12,182 nt of DNA from Oculatellaceae cyanobacterium bins.114 (lineage in GTDB: Bacteria; Cyanobacteriota; Cyanobacteriia; Elainellales; Elainellaceae): contig JANRJA010000060.1 in assembly GCA_033764315.1 (NCBI GenBank), positions 1-12,182 of the forward strand, given 5' to 3'. The position numbers and the translations under genes are program-made. Below, one piece after another: positions 1-7,027 of the stretch (its first letter is position 1; the number at the start of each line of letters is the position of its first letter). The notes beneath the pieces were generated by a model, which saw nothing but the letters and a program-made list of their open reading frames with translations, was not told the origin of the DNA and made no database searches.

Positions 1-140
1 AAAAAGTCATGAGATCGCAGGACAGATGTTTGATAACGAGTACGATTTAGCAATTGCTGTCATGAATGGAATGGAAGCTCGTAGCCAAGCAGGTAGTTAT
101 GCACTGGAGCGTTTTATATTTAATTACACCTAGCTACTTA
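1..140 (+). mobile_element. Right end of an IS630-family insertion sequence
   Basis: The transposase tail runs into TAATTACACCTAGCTACTTA (121-140), ending in the TA dinucleotide that IS630 elements target. The left end is outside the window. Confidence 0.7.
2..133 (+). CDS. C-terminal fragment of an IS630-family transposase (cut by window edge)
   Basis: Frame 2 reads KSHEIAGQMFDNEYDLAIAVMNGMEARSQAGSYALERFIFNYT* (TAG 131-133). From memory this resembles the C-terminus of cyanobacterial IS630 transposases. The stop lies within a terminal-repeat-like end finishing in TA. Confidence 0.75.
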   Translation, partial: KSHEIAGQMFDNEYDLAIAVMNGMEARSQAGSYALERFIFNYT

Positions 141-169
141 AGTTCAGTTTTGAATTATTGGACTTTTGT

Positions 170-472
170 ATGACTTCTTCTAAACGACCTAAACCGATCT
201 CTATTGGGATTGGTGCCCACGGCATTGTGGCGATCGGTGTCTCTGCTCATGGCATTGTGGCGATCGGGGTGGCCGCTCACGGAATTCTCTCAATTGGCAT
301 TGTTTCAATGGGCGTTTTTTCCTTTGGCTTAGTTTCAATGGGGTTAGTCAGTTCAGGGTTAGTAGCAATGGGGCTAGCTGCCTTTGGTCAACACCAAATG
401 GAATGGGTAAAACCTCAACCGCCATCAGCAACTCCACATCAACATACCCCTGGAATGGATATGTCTCCTTAA
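170..472 (+). CDS. Small hydrophobic Gly-repeat hypothetical protein with His/Met repeats (alternative TTG start at 158)
   Basis: Gly every 5th residue over about 60 aa (ISIGIGAHGI VAIGVSAHGI VAIGVAAHGI LSIGIVSMGV FSFGLVSMGL VSSGLVAMGL). A 30-bp DNA periodicity is visible at 221-240 and 251-270. C-terminus HQHTPGMDMSP. Confidence 0.7.
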   Translation: MTSSKRPKPISIGIGAHGIVAIGVSAHGIVAIGVAAHGILSIGIVSMGVFSFGLVSMGLVSSGLVAMGLAAFGQHQMEWVKPQPPSATPHQHTPGMDMSP

Positions 473-556
473 CGAGCCTCTCAATCGTGGCAATGGTTTG
501 AGTTGATTAGAGCGATTACCTAGAGGGCAAAGCAATCCGCCCTTGATGACCAATTA

Positions 557-589
557 AAGTCAAGCCAAATCTAAGTCAAAGCCAAATCT
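557..589. repeat. Tandem duplication AAGTCAA(A)GCCAAATCT x2
   Basis: 557-572 AAGTCAAGCCAAATCT and 573-589 AAGTCAAAGCCAAATCT. Confidence 0.75.
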
Positions 590-701
590 GGTGTTGCTGA
601 TTGACTGTATGAATTTCGTCAGGGTGTTTTGCAAAACATCTCTGCTGCAAGAATTAACGTTTGTGATACCCATTTGAATTGGCTTCGCTGCACATGATTC
701 C

Positions 702-729
702 GTTAGGGCATTTCGCGAAACGCCCCTAC
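702..729 (-). repeat. GTAG-type REP-like palindrome
   Basis: Minus strand reads GTAGGGGCGTTTCGCGAAATGCCCTAAC: GTAG tetranucleotide plus GC-rich imperfect hairpin, about 40 bp downstream of the COQ4-like stop. Confidence 0.75.
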
Positions 730-768
730 CCAGTGATCTGCCACAATCAAACATTAAATCGGTATGAA

Positions 769-1425
769 TCATAGCCCTAGTTCCTGACGGACTTCAATCA
801 AAGGTTTGTGCCAATTTGCTTCAAAGGGATAGGCAAAAATGGGTTTGCAGACTAGCCCTTGTCGGATTCCCCTAATAACTGAAGCGATCGCTTGAGGAGC
901 CAACATGATATGACCCACCATAAACCAGGGGAGATGAGATAGCACAAACACATTCAACAAATCTCGATATTGCAACAAGACAAATGCAGCTAGCCCAAAT
1001 TCACCTACAGGAGTGCTATTAAACCCTGTCATAACGTGATGGACATCGTGAGATAACGCTAGTCGTTGTTCAACCCAATCGTATTGATTAGAGGTTACAA
1101 ACGCGGCGGGGTCAAATCCCTGACTGAGAAGATGCTTGGCATAAGCTCCACCCAAGCTGTCTTCCGGCAGTTGGGAGAGATAGTCAAGATTAATGTCAAT
1201 CATGGTGTGTGCTAGAGGAGTTGCTTGCTGAGCCAGTCGTGCAGTCACCCAGCGTTGCCAATGACTCTGTTGCCCTGCGGCAATGATGTGCAAAATGCCT
1301 TGAGATGGATTCTCTAGAAAGACACGATATGCCTGACGCAGCTCAGACCAATTCATTCCACTCAAGGGGTTGAGGCGAGTGAACCAGAAATTGTTGATTT
1401 GCGGGATCGAAGACCTGCTGACCAT
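769..1425 (-). CDS. Coq4-family protein (COQ4-like metal-binding protein, putative decarboxylase)
   Basis: Contains LSQLPEDSLGGAYA, the exact COQ4 motif HDxxH-x11-E (HDVHH-VMTGFNSTPVG-E; HDVHH at 1036-1050) and the tail FEANWHKPLIEVRQELGL. ATG at 1425 preferred to 1500: it has GGGAG just upstream, and the longer version overlaps the operator region. Confidence 0.88.
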   Translation of the reverse strand: MVSRSSIPQINNFWFTRLNPLSGMNWSELRQAYRVFLENPSQGILHIIAAGQQSHWQRWVTARLAQQATPLAHTMIDINLDYLSQLPEDSLGGAYAKHLLSQGFDPAAFVTSNQYDWVEQRLALSHDVHHVMTGFNSTPVGEFGLAAFVLLQYRDLLNVFVLSHLPWFMVGHIMLAPQAIASVIRGIRQGLVCKPIFAYPFEANWHKPLIEVRQELGL

Positions 1426-1477
1426 AAAAAATCTCCCATTCAAATTAAGAGCCAAGAACGTAGTACACTGAATTATG

Positions 1478-1542
1478 TATTCAATCAGTAGACTATTCAA
1501 TTAATTGAATATGCCTGTAGTTTATAGTCAACTAATTGAATA
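1478..1542. promoter_or_regulatory. Three 18-bp palindromic boxes, probable PadR/AphA operators in the divergent promoter
   Basis: 1478-1495 TATTCAATCAGTAGACTA; 1494-1511 TATTCAATTAATTGAATA (perfect palindrome); 1525-1542 TAGTCAACTAATTGAATA. Box 1 reverse-complemented matches box 3 at 16/18. The pattern resembles the AphA box TATGCA-N6-TGCATA. Confidence 0.75.
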
Positions 1543-1561
1543 TGTCAAGCAGGAGGGTTCA

Positions 1562-2101
1562 ATGGCGTTATCTCATGCGATCTTGGCAACGCTGGTAGGT
1601 CAAACTGCCAGTGGGTATGATTTACGGAAGCAGTTTGAAGGCTCGGTGGGGTTCTTTTGGCAAGCTAGTTTTCAGCAGATCTATCGAGAACTGGGCAAAT
1701 TAGAAGACCAGGGTTATGTGCGATCGCAAACCGTTCATCAAGAAAATCGCCCTGATAAAAAGCTGTATGAGGTGACAGACACAGGCAAAACCTATCTCGG
1801 CGATTGGATCAGCCAATCTTGTGAGATGGCACCGATTAAAGACGATCTGTTAGTCAAAGTATTTGCGGGTTATCTGGTGCCCAAAGCCGTCATGGTGAAG
1901 GAGTTAGAACACCATCGAACTCAGCATTTAGAACGGCTACAAGTTTACCGCACCTTAGAACAACGATTTTTTTCACCGGCGGAGCACCTGACGCCAGATG
2001 ACCAATTTCGCTATATGACGTTAAGCTATGGCATTCGCTATGAAACAGGTTGGTTAGCCTGGTGTGAAGAGGCGATCGCTGTTTTGGGGGCTACCTCATG
2101 A
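1562..2101 (+). CDS. PadR-family transcriptional regulator (AphA-like, with C-terminal dimerisation domain)
   Basis: MALSHAILATL...SGYDLRKQF...FFWQASFQQIYRELGKLE...RPDKKLYEVTDTG wHTH pattern; C-terminal DDLLVKVF...GIRYETGWLAWCEE. AGGAGG RBS at 1551-1556 before ATG 1562. Confidence 0.93.
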   Translation: MALSHAILATLVGQTASGYDLRKQFEGSVGFFWQASFQQIYRELGKLEDQGYVRSQTVHQENRPDKKLYEVTDTGKTYLGDWISQSCEMAPIKDDLLVKVFAGYLVPKAVMVKELEHHRTQHLERLQVYRTLEQRFFSPAEHLTPDDQFRYMTLSYGIRYETGWLAWCEEAIAVLGATS

Positions 2102-3321
2102 GTCAAGTCGTCATTATTGGAGCTGGACCAGGCGGAGCAACCCTAGCGTTGTTGTTAGCACAACGGGGCATTGCCGTCACGTTGGTTGAGGCATCTCGCA
2201 CCTTTCATCGAGCCTTTCGAGGTGAGGGGTTAATGCCCAGTGGCTTGGATGCGTTGCATCAGATGGGGTTAGAGTCGCTGCTAGACACGATTCCCCATCG
2301 CCCATTGACTGCCTGGGAGTTTTGGATTAACGGGCAATCACCCACTGGGGGAACTGCAAAGCAACCGCTATTTCGGGTCGAAGAACCGCTCGAACCCAAT
2401 GGCACACCGTGCACACTGGTTTCGCAATCGGCTCTGTTAACGGCATTAATTGATCAACTCAGCCATTATCCTCAGGTTGAGTTTGTTCAAGGGGTGGCAG
2501 TTCACGATTTGCTCAAGGCAGATGGACGAATCTCTGGGGTGACGCTAGCGGATGGTCGTGAGATTTATGCATCTCTGGTGATTGCCACTGATGGCCGCAA
2601 TTCTGTTGCCCGACAACGCGCCAAACTAGCTCTACACCACCAATCTAACGCTTTTGATATCCTCTGGTTGCGGTTGGCAGATAGCCCTCACTTTGAGACA
2701 GAGAATGTGTTTTATTCCATTGTTCAAGGGCAACAGGCTTTTGGGTTATTCCGCAGTTCAGAGGGTAATCTGCATGTGGGGTGGGCACTGCGCGATCGCT
2801 CTCAAGATTGGAAACAAATGGATTGGGCTGAAACCCTGGCATCTGCTTCTCCAGAGTGGTTGGCAGATCACTTTCGCACGGTTGCCACGACGATTGATCG
2901 ACCTGTGTTGTTGTCAGTGGTGGTAGGTCGCTGTCCTCAGTGGTGGGTACCAGGATTGTTGCTGTTAGGCGATGCCGCTCACCCCATGTCTCCCATTCGA
3001 GCACAGGGCATCAACATGGCACTGCGGGATAGCATTGTTGCCGCCAATCATCTCGTGCCGTTGTTGCAACAGGGGGCATCGACCGAGGCGATCAACAGAG
3101 TGTTGCCTCAGATTCAAACAGCACGAGAGCCAGAAATTATTCGTGCTCAACAGTTACAGCAGCAGGAAGCGGCTCAAGCCGAATTGTTGGGCAATTATCC
3201 GCTGCTACAATGGGGAGTCAGTCAATTTGCGCCACTCATCCGCTATCCCATTCGCTTCTCCTGGGTCGCTCGACAACGCCAGTTGCGTCAGGGGGTGACA
3301 TCGGTTCAGTTACAGGTTTAG
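2098..3321 (+). CDS. FAD-dependent monooxygenase/oxidoreductase (UbiH/COQ6/FAD_binding_3-like, group A flavoprotein)
   Basis: GxGxxG (VVIIGAGPGG), FRGE, DG motif (IATDGRNS), GD motif (LLLLGDAAHPMSPIRAQGINMALRD). ATGA overlap with the padR stop (2098-2101) implies translational coupling. Confidence 0.92.
   Translation: MSQVVIIGAGPGGATLALLLAQRGIAVTLVEASRTFHRAFRGEGLMPSGLDALHQMGLESLLDTIPHRPLTAWEFWINGQSPTGGTAKQPLFRVEEPLEPNGTPCTLVSQSALLTALIDQLSHYPQVEFVQGVAVHDLLKADGRISGVTLADGREIYASLVIATDGRNSVARQRAKLALHHQSNAFDILWLRLADSPHFETENVFYSIVQGQQAFGLFRSSEGNLHVGWALRDRSQDWKQMDWAETLASASPEWLADHFRTVATTIDRPVLLSVVVGRCPQWWVPGLLLLGDAAHPMSPIRAQGINMALRDSIVAANHLVPLLQQGASTEAINRVLPQIQTAREPEIIRAQQLQQQEAAQAELLGNYPLLQWGVSQFAPLIRYPIRFSWVARQRQLRQGVTSVQLQV
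2334..2368. repeat. Probable 27-bp in-frame small dispersed repeat inserted at a degenerate HIP1-like site
   Basis: GCAATCAC (2334-2341) and GCAACCGC (2361-2368) are each 6/8 to GCGATCGC, 27 bp apart, around the mini-hairpin CCCA-C-TGGG. Encodes QSPTGGTAK. Confidence 0.5.
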
Positions 3322-3436
3322 CGATCGCCCAAAACTACTGTCTTAATAGTTGATACAAGGGGGTTTAGTGACTGCGCTTCCTACCCAAAATTCTGAACTC
3401 ATAACGAATCCCCTACACTCCATCCTAACCAACTCC

Positions 3437-4354
3437 TCAGTTGCTATTCCTTAAAAAAGGATCTCCGTGATCTCGAAACCGAGTTGTTAAAAAGTCAACA
3501 AACAGTCGAATTTTAGTCGAAAGATGACGATTAACCGGATACAACACATAGATCGAAATTTCGGTTGGGTGATAGTCTGGCAAGACAAGCGTGAGTTGTC
3601 CCTGGCGTAAGGCATCGCCAATAATAAAAGTGGGTAGTAATGCAATCCCCAATCCATGTATGGCGGCATCTCGCAACACTTCTCCGTTGTTAGAACACAT
3701 GGCTCCCTGAATGGCGATGTGCTGCTCTCCATCTGGCCCCACAAGCAACCAATGGTTTTCAATGGCTAAGTGACCGTAGTGCAAACACGAGTGATGGCGC
3801 AAATCAGTGGGATGGGTCAATGGTTCCTGGTGTTGCATGTAGGCAGGGGAAGCACACAACACACGGGGTGCAGATACCAGTTTTTGGACGATCAAACTTG
3901 CTGTCTCTGGAGGCTCTGCAATGCGCACGGTGACATCAAAGCCCTCCTCAATGGGGTCAACAAAGCGATCGTCTAAAGTCAGTTGCATCTGCAAATCGGG
4001 ATACTGCATCAAAAAGTCAGCCACTGCTGAGGCTAAATGCAGTGTGCCAAATGACATGGGGGCGTTAACTCGTAAACGTCCTCTAGGTTCTCCATGCAAC
4101 TGAGAGACAGCCTGTTCAGCTTCGGCTAAATCTGCCAAGATCGCCACACACCGTTCATAAAATGCCAAACCACTTTCAGTGGGACTAACCTGTCGGGTAC
4201 TGCGATGTAATAGTTGCACACCTAGGTCATTTTCTAAATTAATCACTAGTTTATTGACTGCCGATCGCGACATTCCCATTTGGCGAGCTGCCGCCGCAAA
4301 CCCACCTGCTGTCACCACCTGTGTAAACGCTCGAATGCACTCAAACTTATCCAT
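3437..4354 (-). CDS. LysR-family transcriptional regulator (CrgA/DmlR-like)
   Basis: N-terminal [38 protein letters not shown]...[15 protein letters not shown]; substrate-binding domain [51 protein letters not shown] at 4354 chosen over 4372. Confidence 0.95.
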   Translation of the reverse strand: MDKFECIRAFTQVVTAGGFAAAARQMGMSRSAVNKLVINLENDLGVQLLHRSTRQVSPTESGLAFYERCVAILADLAEAEQAVSQLHGEPRGRLRVNAPMSFGTLHLASAVADFLMQYPDLQMQLTLDDRFVDPIEEGFDVTVRIAEPPETASLIVQKLVSAPRVLCASPAYMQHQEPLTHPTDLRHHSCLHYGHLAIENHWLLVGPDGEQHIAIQGAMCSNNGEVLRDAAIHGLGIALLPTFIIGDALRQGQLTLVLPDYHPTEISIYVLYPVNRHLSTKIRLFVDFLTTRFRDHGDPFLRNSN

Positions 4355-4462
4355 TCCTGGATTGTATAGCAACTGTTAAGGCAGTTGATACAAAAGGGGA
4401 TACAGGCTTGCGGTGGACTAATTGATCTGAGTGCTTTCCACTTCGGTATTCCGTCTGAACCC

Positions 4463-4737
4463 CTACTGTGGACACAGATCTCTGTTTCCTTCCAAATTAG
4501 GTGCAGAGTTGTTGCAAGCGTGTGAAAGCCAGGCATTGGGGGAGTCTCCTCCAAACCCTCATTGGGGGAGTCTCCCCCAAACCCCCTAGCAGACGGTGTT
4601 TTAGTTCACCCAAAGACGCGCTTCGCATCGGTTCCAAGTTCGGGTATTTTGGGTGGGGCAAGACCTTTGACAGCGGCTCAAAGTCCTCCAAAGTTAGGGA
4701 ATTTAGGAGGTTGAGAGAACTTGTGTGTACATCGCGA
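4463..4737. mobile_element. ~275-bp MITE with IS4-family IS50/Tn5-like 19-bp ends
   Basis: Left end CTACTGTGGACACAGATCT (4463-4481). Right end reverse-complemented is TCGCGATGTACACACAAGT (4719-4737). Tn5 inside end is CTGTCTCTTGATCAGATCT and outside end is CTGACTCTTATACACAAGT. No transposase inside. Confidence 0.6.
4534..4585. repeat. Tandem 26-bp hairpin unit x2
   Basis: CATTGGGGGAGTCTCCTCCAAACCCT / CATTGGGGGAGTCTCCCCCAAACCCC. The second folds as TTGGGGGAG-T-CTCCCCCAA; the first has one mismatch. Confidence 0.85.
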
Positions 4738-4762
4738 TCGCCTCTTTAAACCCACACACTGC

Positions 4763-5761
4763 TTAACGACGTAATTTTAACTTTCGGTTGACTTTGTTAA
4801 TCAACTGTTGCATTTGTAGATTAAAAAGTCGAGCGGGTGTTAGATCTGGAATTGGCTTGAGTCCTTGTTGTTTGTGATCAAAGAACTCATTGATCGCTTC
4901 TAAAATCACATTTAATCGCTGCATAATATTTGCAGTTCGATATTCTTGAAGCCACTCATTTGAAACATCTGTTTTAGGAGTTTGCAATGCTTTGAGAATG
5001 CGTTTGACATCATAGTCCTTAGCATATCCAGCAATTTTTTCGCAATTAAACCCTGGATCCAGATAGTCTGATAACCCATGATTAACACTCGAAAAAACGT
5101 GACAACCACAGGCGATCGCCTCTAGAGGTTGCAGCCCAAACCCTTCGGTGACCCTTTGCAATGCCCAATATTCAGCAGAGTCATAGAGATAAACAGTGGC
5201 TCGGTTGAATAAACCCGCTAAATCATCGACATAGGAGTCAACAACATAAACGTGACAGTCTTGTTTTAAGGCAGGAATTAACTCTTTTAACAAATAGCTA
5301 GAAGACTTACGAGCTTGGACGACGACATCAATATCTCGTGTTAAATGTAGATTACGAAAGCCATCAGAGATGTGGTTAGGCAAGTAATAAATCAGGGAAT
5401 GGGGCGATCGCTGTCCCCAATAGCCCATTGTGTTGCGGCTCACAGTAATAATGGGAATGCTGGCGGGCAAGGTAAAGCCATAATCGGCACTGTGAGCGTG
5501 ATAGATCACTGAGTGAGAGGCTAAACGGGTTGCAAGTTTGGGCACATCAAACCCCCAACTAATGACAAAAATCGCATCGCTCAGGGAGGGTGACTGCAAT
5601 AGGTCGTCTAGAAAAAGAGTGTTTGCTTCTCGCTGGCGATAGGTCACAACCTCTGCTGGACAAATCTGCCGAGCTAACTCAAAAATCTTTAGTTCTGCCC
5701 ACAGCCCACCACAGGCAAACCGACTGCCTGTCCCTGGAAGCAAGAAATAGAGTTTCCGCAC
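4763..5761 (-). CDS. Glycosyltransferase, GT-B fold, family 4/group 1-like
   Basis: N-terminal GG loop (FACGGLWAE), RK pair (QARKSS), EX7E motif EGFGLQPLEAIACGC. GTG start at 5761 follows purine-rich GAAGGAAGG; the ORF track start is 5779. Confidence 0.85.
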   Translation of the reverse strand: MRKLYFLLPGTGSRFACGGLWAELKIFELARQICPAEVVTYRQREANTLFLDDLLQSPSLSDAIFVISWGFDVPKLATRLASHSVIYHAHSADYGFTLPASIPIITVSRNTMGYWGQRSPHSLIYYLPNHISDGFRNLHLTRDIDVVVQARKSSSYLLKELIPALKQDCHVYVVDSYVDDLAGLFNRATVYLYDSAEYWALQRVTEGFGLQPLEAIACGCHVFSSVNHGLSDYLDPGFNCEKIAGYAKDYDVKRILKALQTPKTDVSNEWLQEYRTANIMQRLNVILEAINEFFDHKQQGLKPIPDLTPARLFNLQMQQLINKVNRKLKLRR

Positions 5762-5850
5762 AACCCTTCCTTCACACAATCACCGTTCATTAGCCTATCA
5801 TTCTTAAGATGGCTGATAGTATTTGTTTTGCGCGATCGCCATTTAATTGC

Positions 5851-6144
5851 ATGAGAGTTAGGATAGAAAATCAAATTTTATTTATTCATCGGGATGATTT
5901 GCCGCAGTATAAAAAAACGGGTTCAATTGTCCGCAACAGCTATTTTTGGGCACTAAAATCAATTGCTGCCAGTGCTAATCGTTCTCCTGATTGGGAATAT
6001 GACGATGAAGTTTGGCTGGCACTCCAGCGGTTGCTGCTCTCTTTTGCAGAATCGAGTTATCTCGGACTGCGGGAAACCCAGTTAGAATTTCCTGCCAGTT
6101 ACCCGATCCCCACGGTTCTAAAACCCGTGTCAACTTGGGAATAA
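5851..6144 (+). CDS. Hypothetical protein, probably conserved in cyanobacteria
   Basis: 97-aa ORF with protein-like composition (GSIVRNSYFWALKSIA...SFAESSYLGLRETQLEFP), divergent from the glycosyltransferase. Recalled as a cyanobacterial unknown-function family. Alternative start at 5809. Confidence 0.72.
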   Translation: MRVRIENQILFIHRDDLPQYKKTGSIVRNSYFWALKSIAASANRSPDWEYDDEVWLALQRLLLSFAESSYLGLRETQLEFPASYPIPTVLKPVSTWE

Positions 6145-6411
6145 GGGGCACCGTTTTTTGTGAGATCAACGTCAGGAATGACATTCTTCTTATCGTTACG
6201 ATATCAGTTCTTTTAATAGGGGTTTTAGAGAGAGGCTGACACGCTAATTTATTAGAGGGGGTGTAATCAGAAGCGTTTGAACCTATTCCTCACTGATCGT
6301 GTCTTTATGCATGGCGATCGCCCCACTGAGGCAACTGCTTTGCACCGTTTTAAGAACAGAACGTTTAGCAGTGGTAAATCGTGAACTCATCTAAACAGAA
6401 GGATTCTTTCA

Positions 6412-6873
6412 ATGCAAATCCGTTTGTTTCATCCCCAAGACGCTGAGCAAATTGCCCAGCTTTTTCATGACACCATTCGAGAGGTCAACAGCCGTGACTA
6501 CTCTGAGAGCCAAGTTAAAGCTTGGGCACCCGACAATATTCATTTTAGAAATTGGGTAGAAGCCTGCTCTAAGCGATTTACTTATGTGGCAGATGATGCT
6601 GGAGTGATTGCCGGATTTGGCGAATTAGAAGCCAATGGTCATATCGATTGTTTCTACTGCCACAAAGATTATCAGCGTCAGGGAGTGGGCAGTCAAATCT
6701 ATGCAGCTATAGAAGCAAAAGCGATCGCTCTCGGCTTAAAGTATCTGTTTGTTGAAGTCAGCATTACGGCTAAACCGTTCTTTCAACAGATGGGGTTTGC
6801 AGTGGTTAAAGAACAGCAAGAACCTCGTCGGGGTGAGCTGCTGACAAACTTTTTGATGGAAAAGTTTTTATGA
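6412..6873 (+). CDS. GNAT-family N-acetyltransferase (YafP/Acetyltransf_10-like)
   Basis: IAQLFHDTIREVNSRDYSESQVKAWA; acetyl-CoA motif A FYCHKDYQRQGVGSQI; motif B VEVSITAKPFFQQMGF. Confidence 0.92.
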   Translation: MQIRLFHPQDAEQIAQLFHDTIREVNSRDYSESQVKAWAPDNIHFRNWVEACSKRFTYVADDAGVIAGFGELEANGHIDCFYCHKDYQRQGVGSQIYAAIEAKAIALGLKYLFVEVSITAKPFFQQMGFAVVKEQQEPRRGELLTNFLMEKFL

Positions 6874-6934
6874 TGTTGGTAAATGTTATTGAAACCAAGG
6901 TTGCGATCGTTCACCTACGATTTTAACATAAATA

Positions 6935-7027
6935 TATAGCAGTCCTAAATCATTTGTTAAATTCGGGAGTTGTGAGACGCGCACCCCATTGGGGTGCGCT
7001 TCTCACAACCCATTTGGGATTGCTATA
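6935..7027. mobile_element. 93-bp TA-flanked MITE with internal hairpin
   Basis: TIRs TATAGCAGTCCTAAAT and ATTTGGGATTGCTATA (14/16 complementary). Internal stem GTTGTGAGA-C-GCGCACCCCA-T-TGGGGTGCGC-T-TCTCACAAC (6969-7009). The left 22 bp are identical to 12069-12090. Confidence 0.85.

Noticed and set aside
560..772. 70-aa minus-strand ORF overlapping the COQ4-like stop
   Set aside because: Runs through a REP hairpin and a tandem duplication, with no recognisable motif. Probably spurious, though the ATGA-type overlap means translation cannot be excluded.
1426..1561. N-terminal extensions in the ORF track (starts 1500 and 1505)
   Set aside because: They would leave no room for divergent promoters and would cover the operator boxes; both downstream ATGs have good RBSs.
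769..3321. Canonical ubiquinone biosynthesis operon
   Set aside because: No ubiA/C/E/G-like genes here, the host appears cyanobacterial, and dedicated PadR control suggests an inducible accessory role. Gene symbols withheld.
2645..4379. Short alternative-frame ORFs inside the monooxygenase and lysR
   Set aside because: Shadow ORFs of well-supported genes with no independent signal.
4534..4585. Possible mini CRISPR array from palindromic 26-bp repeats
   Set aside because: The two units are adjacent with no spacer, and there are no cas genes.
4312..4749. ORFs 4312-4554, 4497-4691 and 4501-4749
   Set aside because: Translations of MITE and hairpin repeat DNA; no transposase or other motifs.
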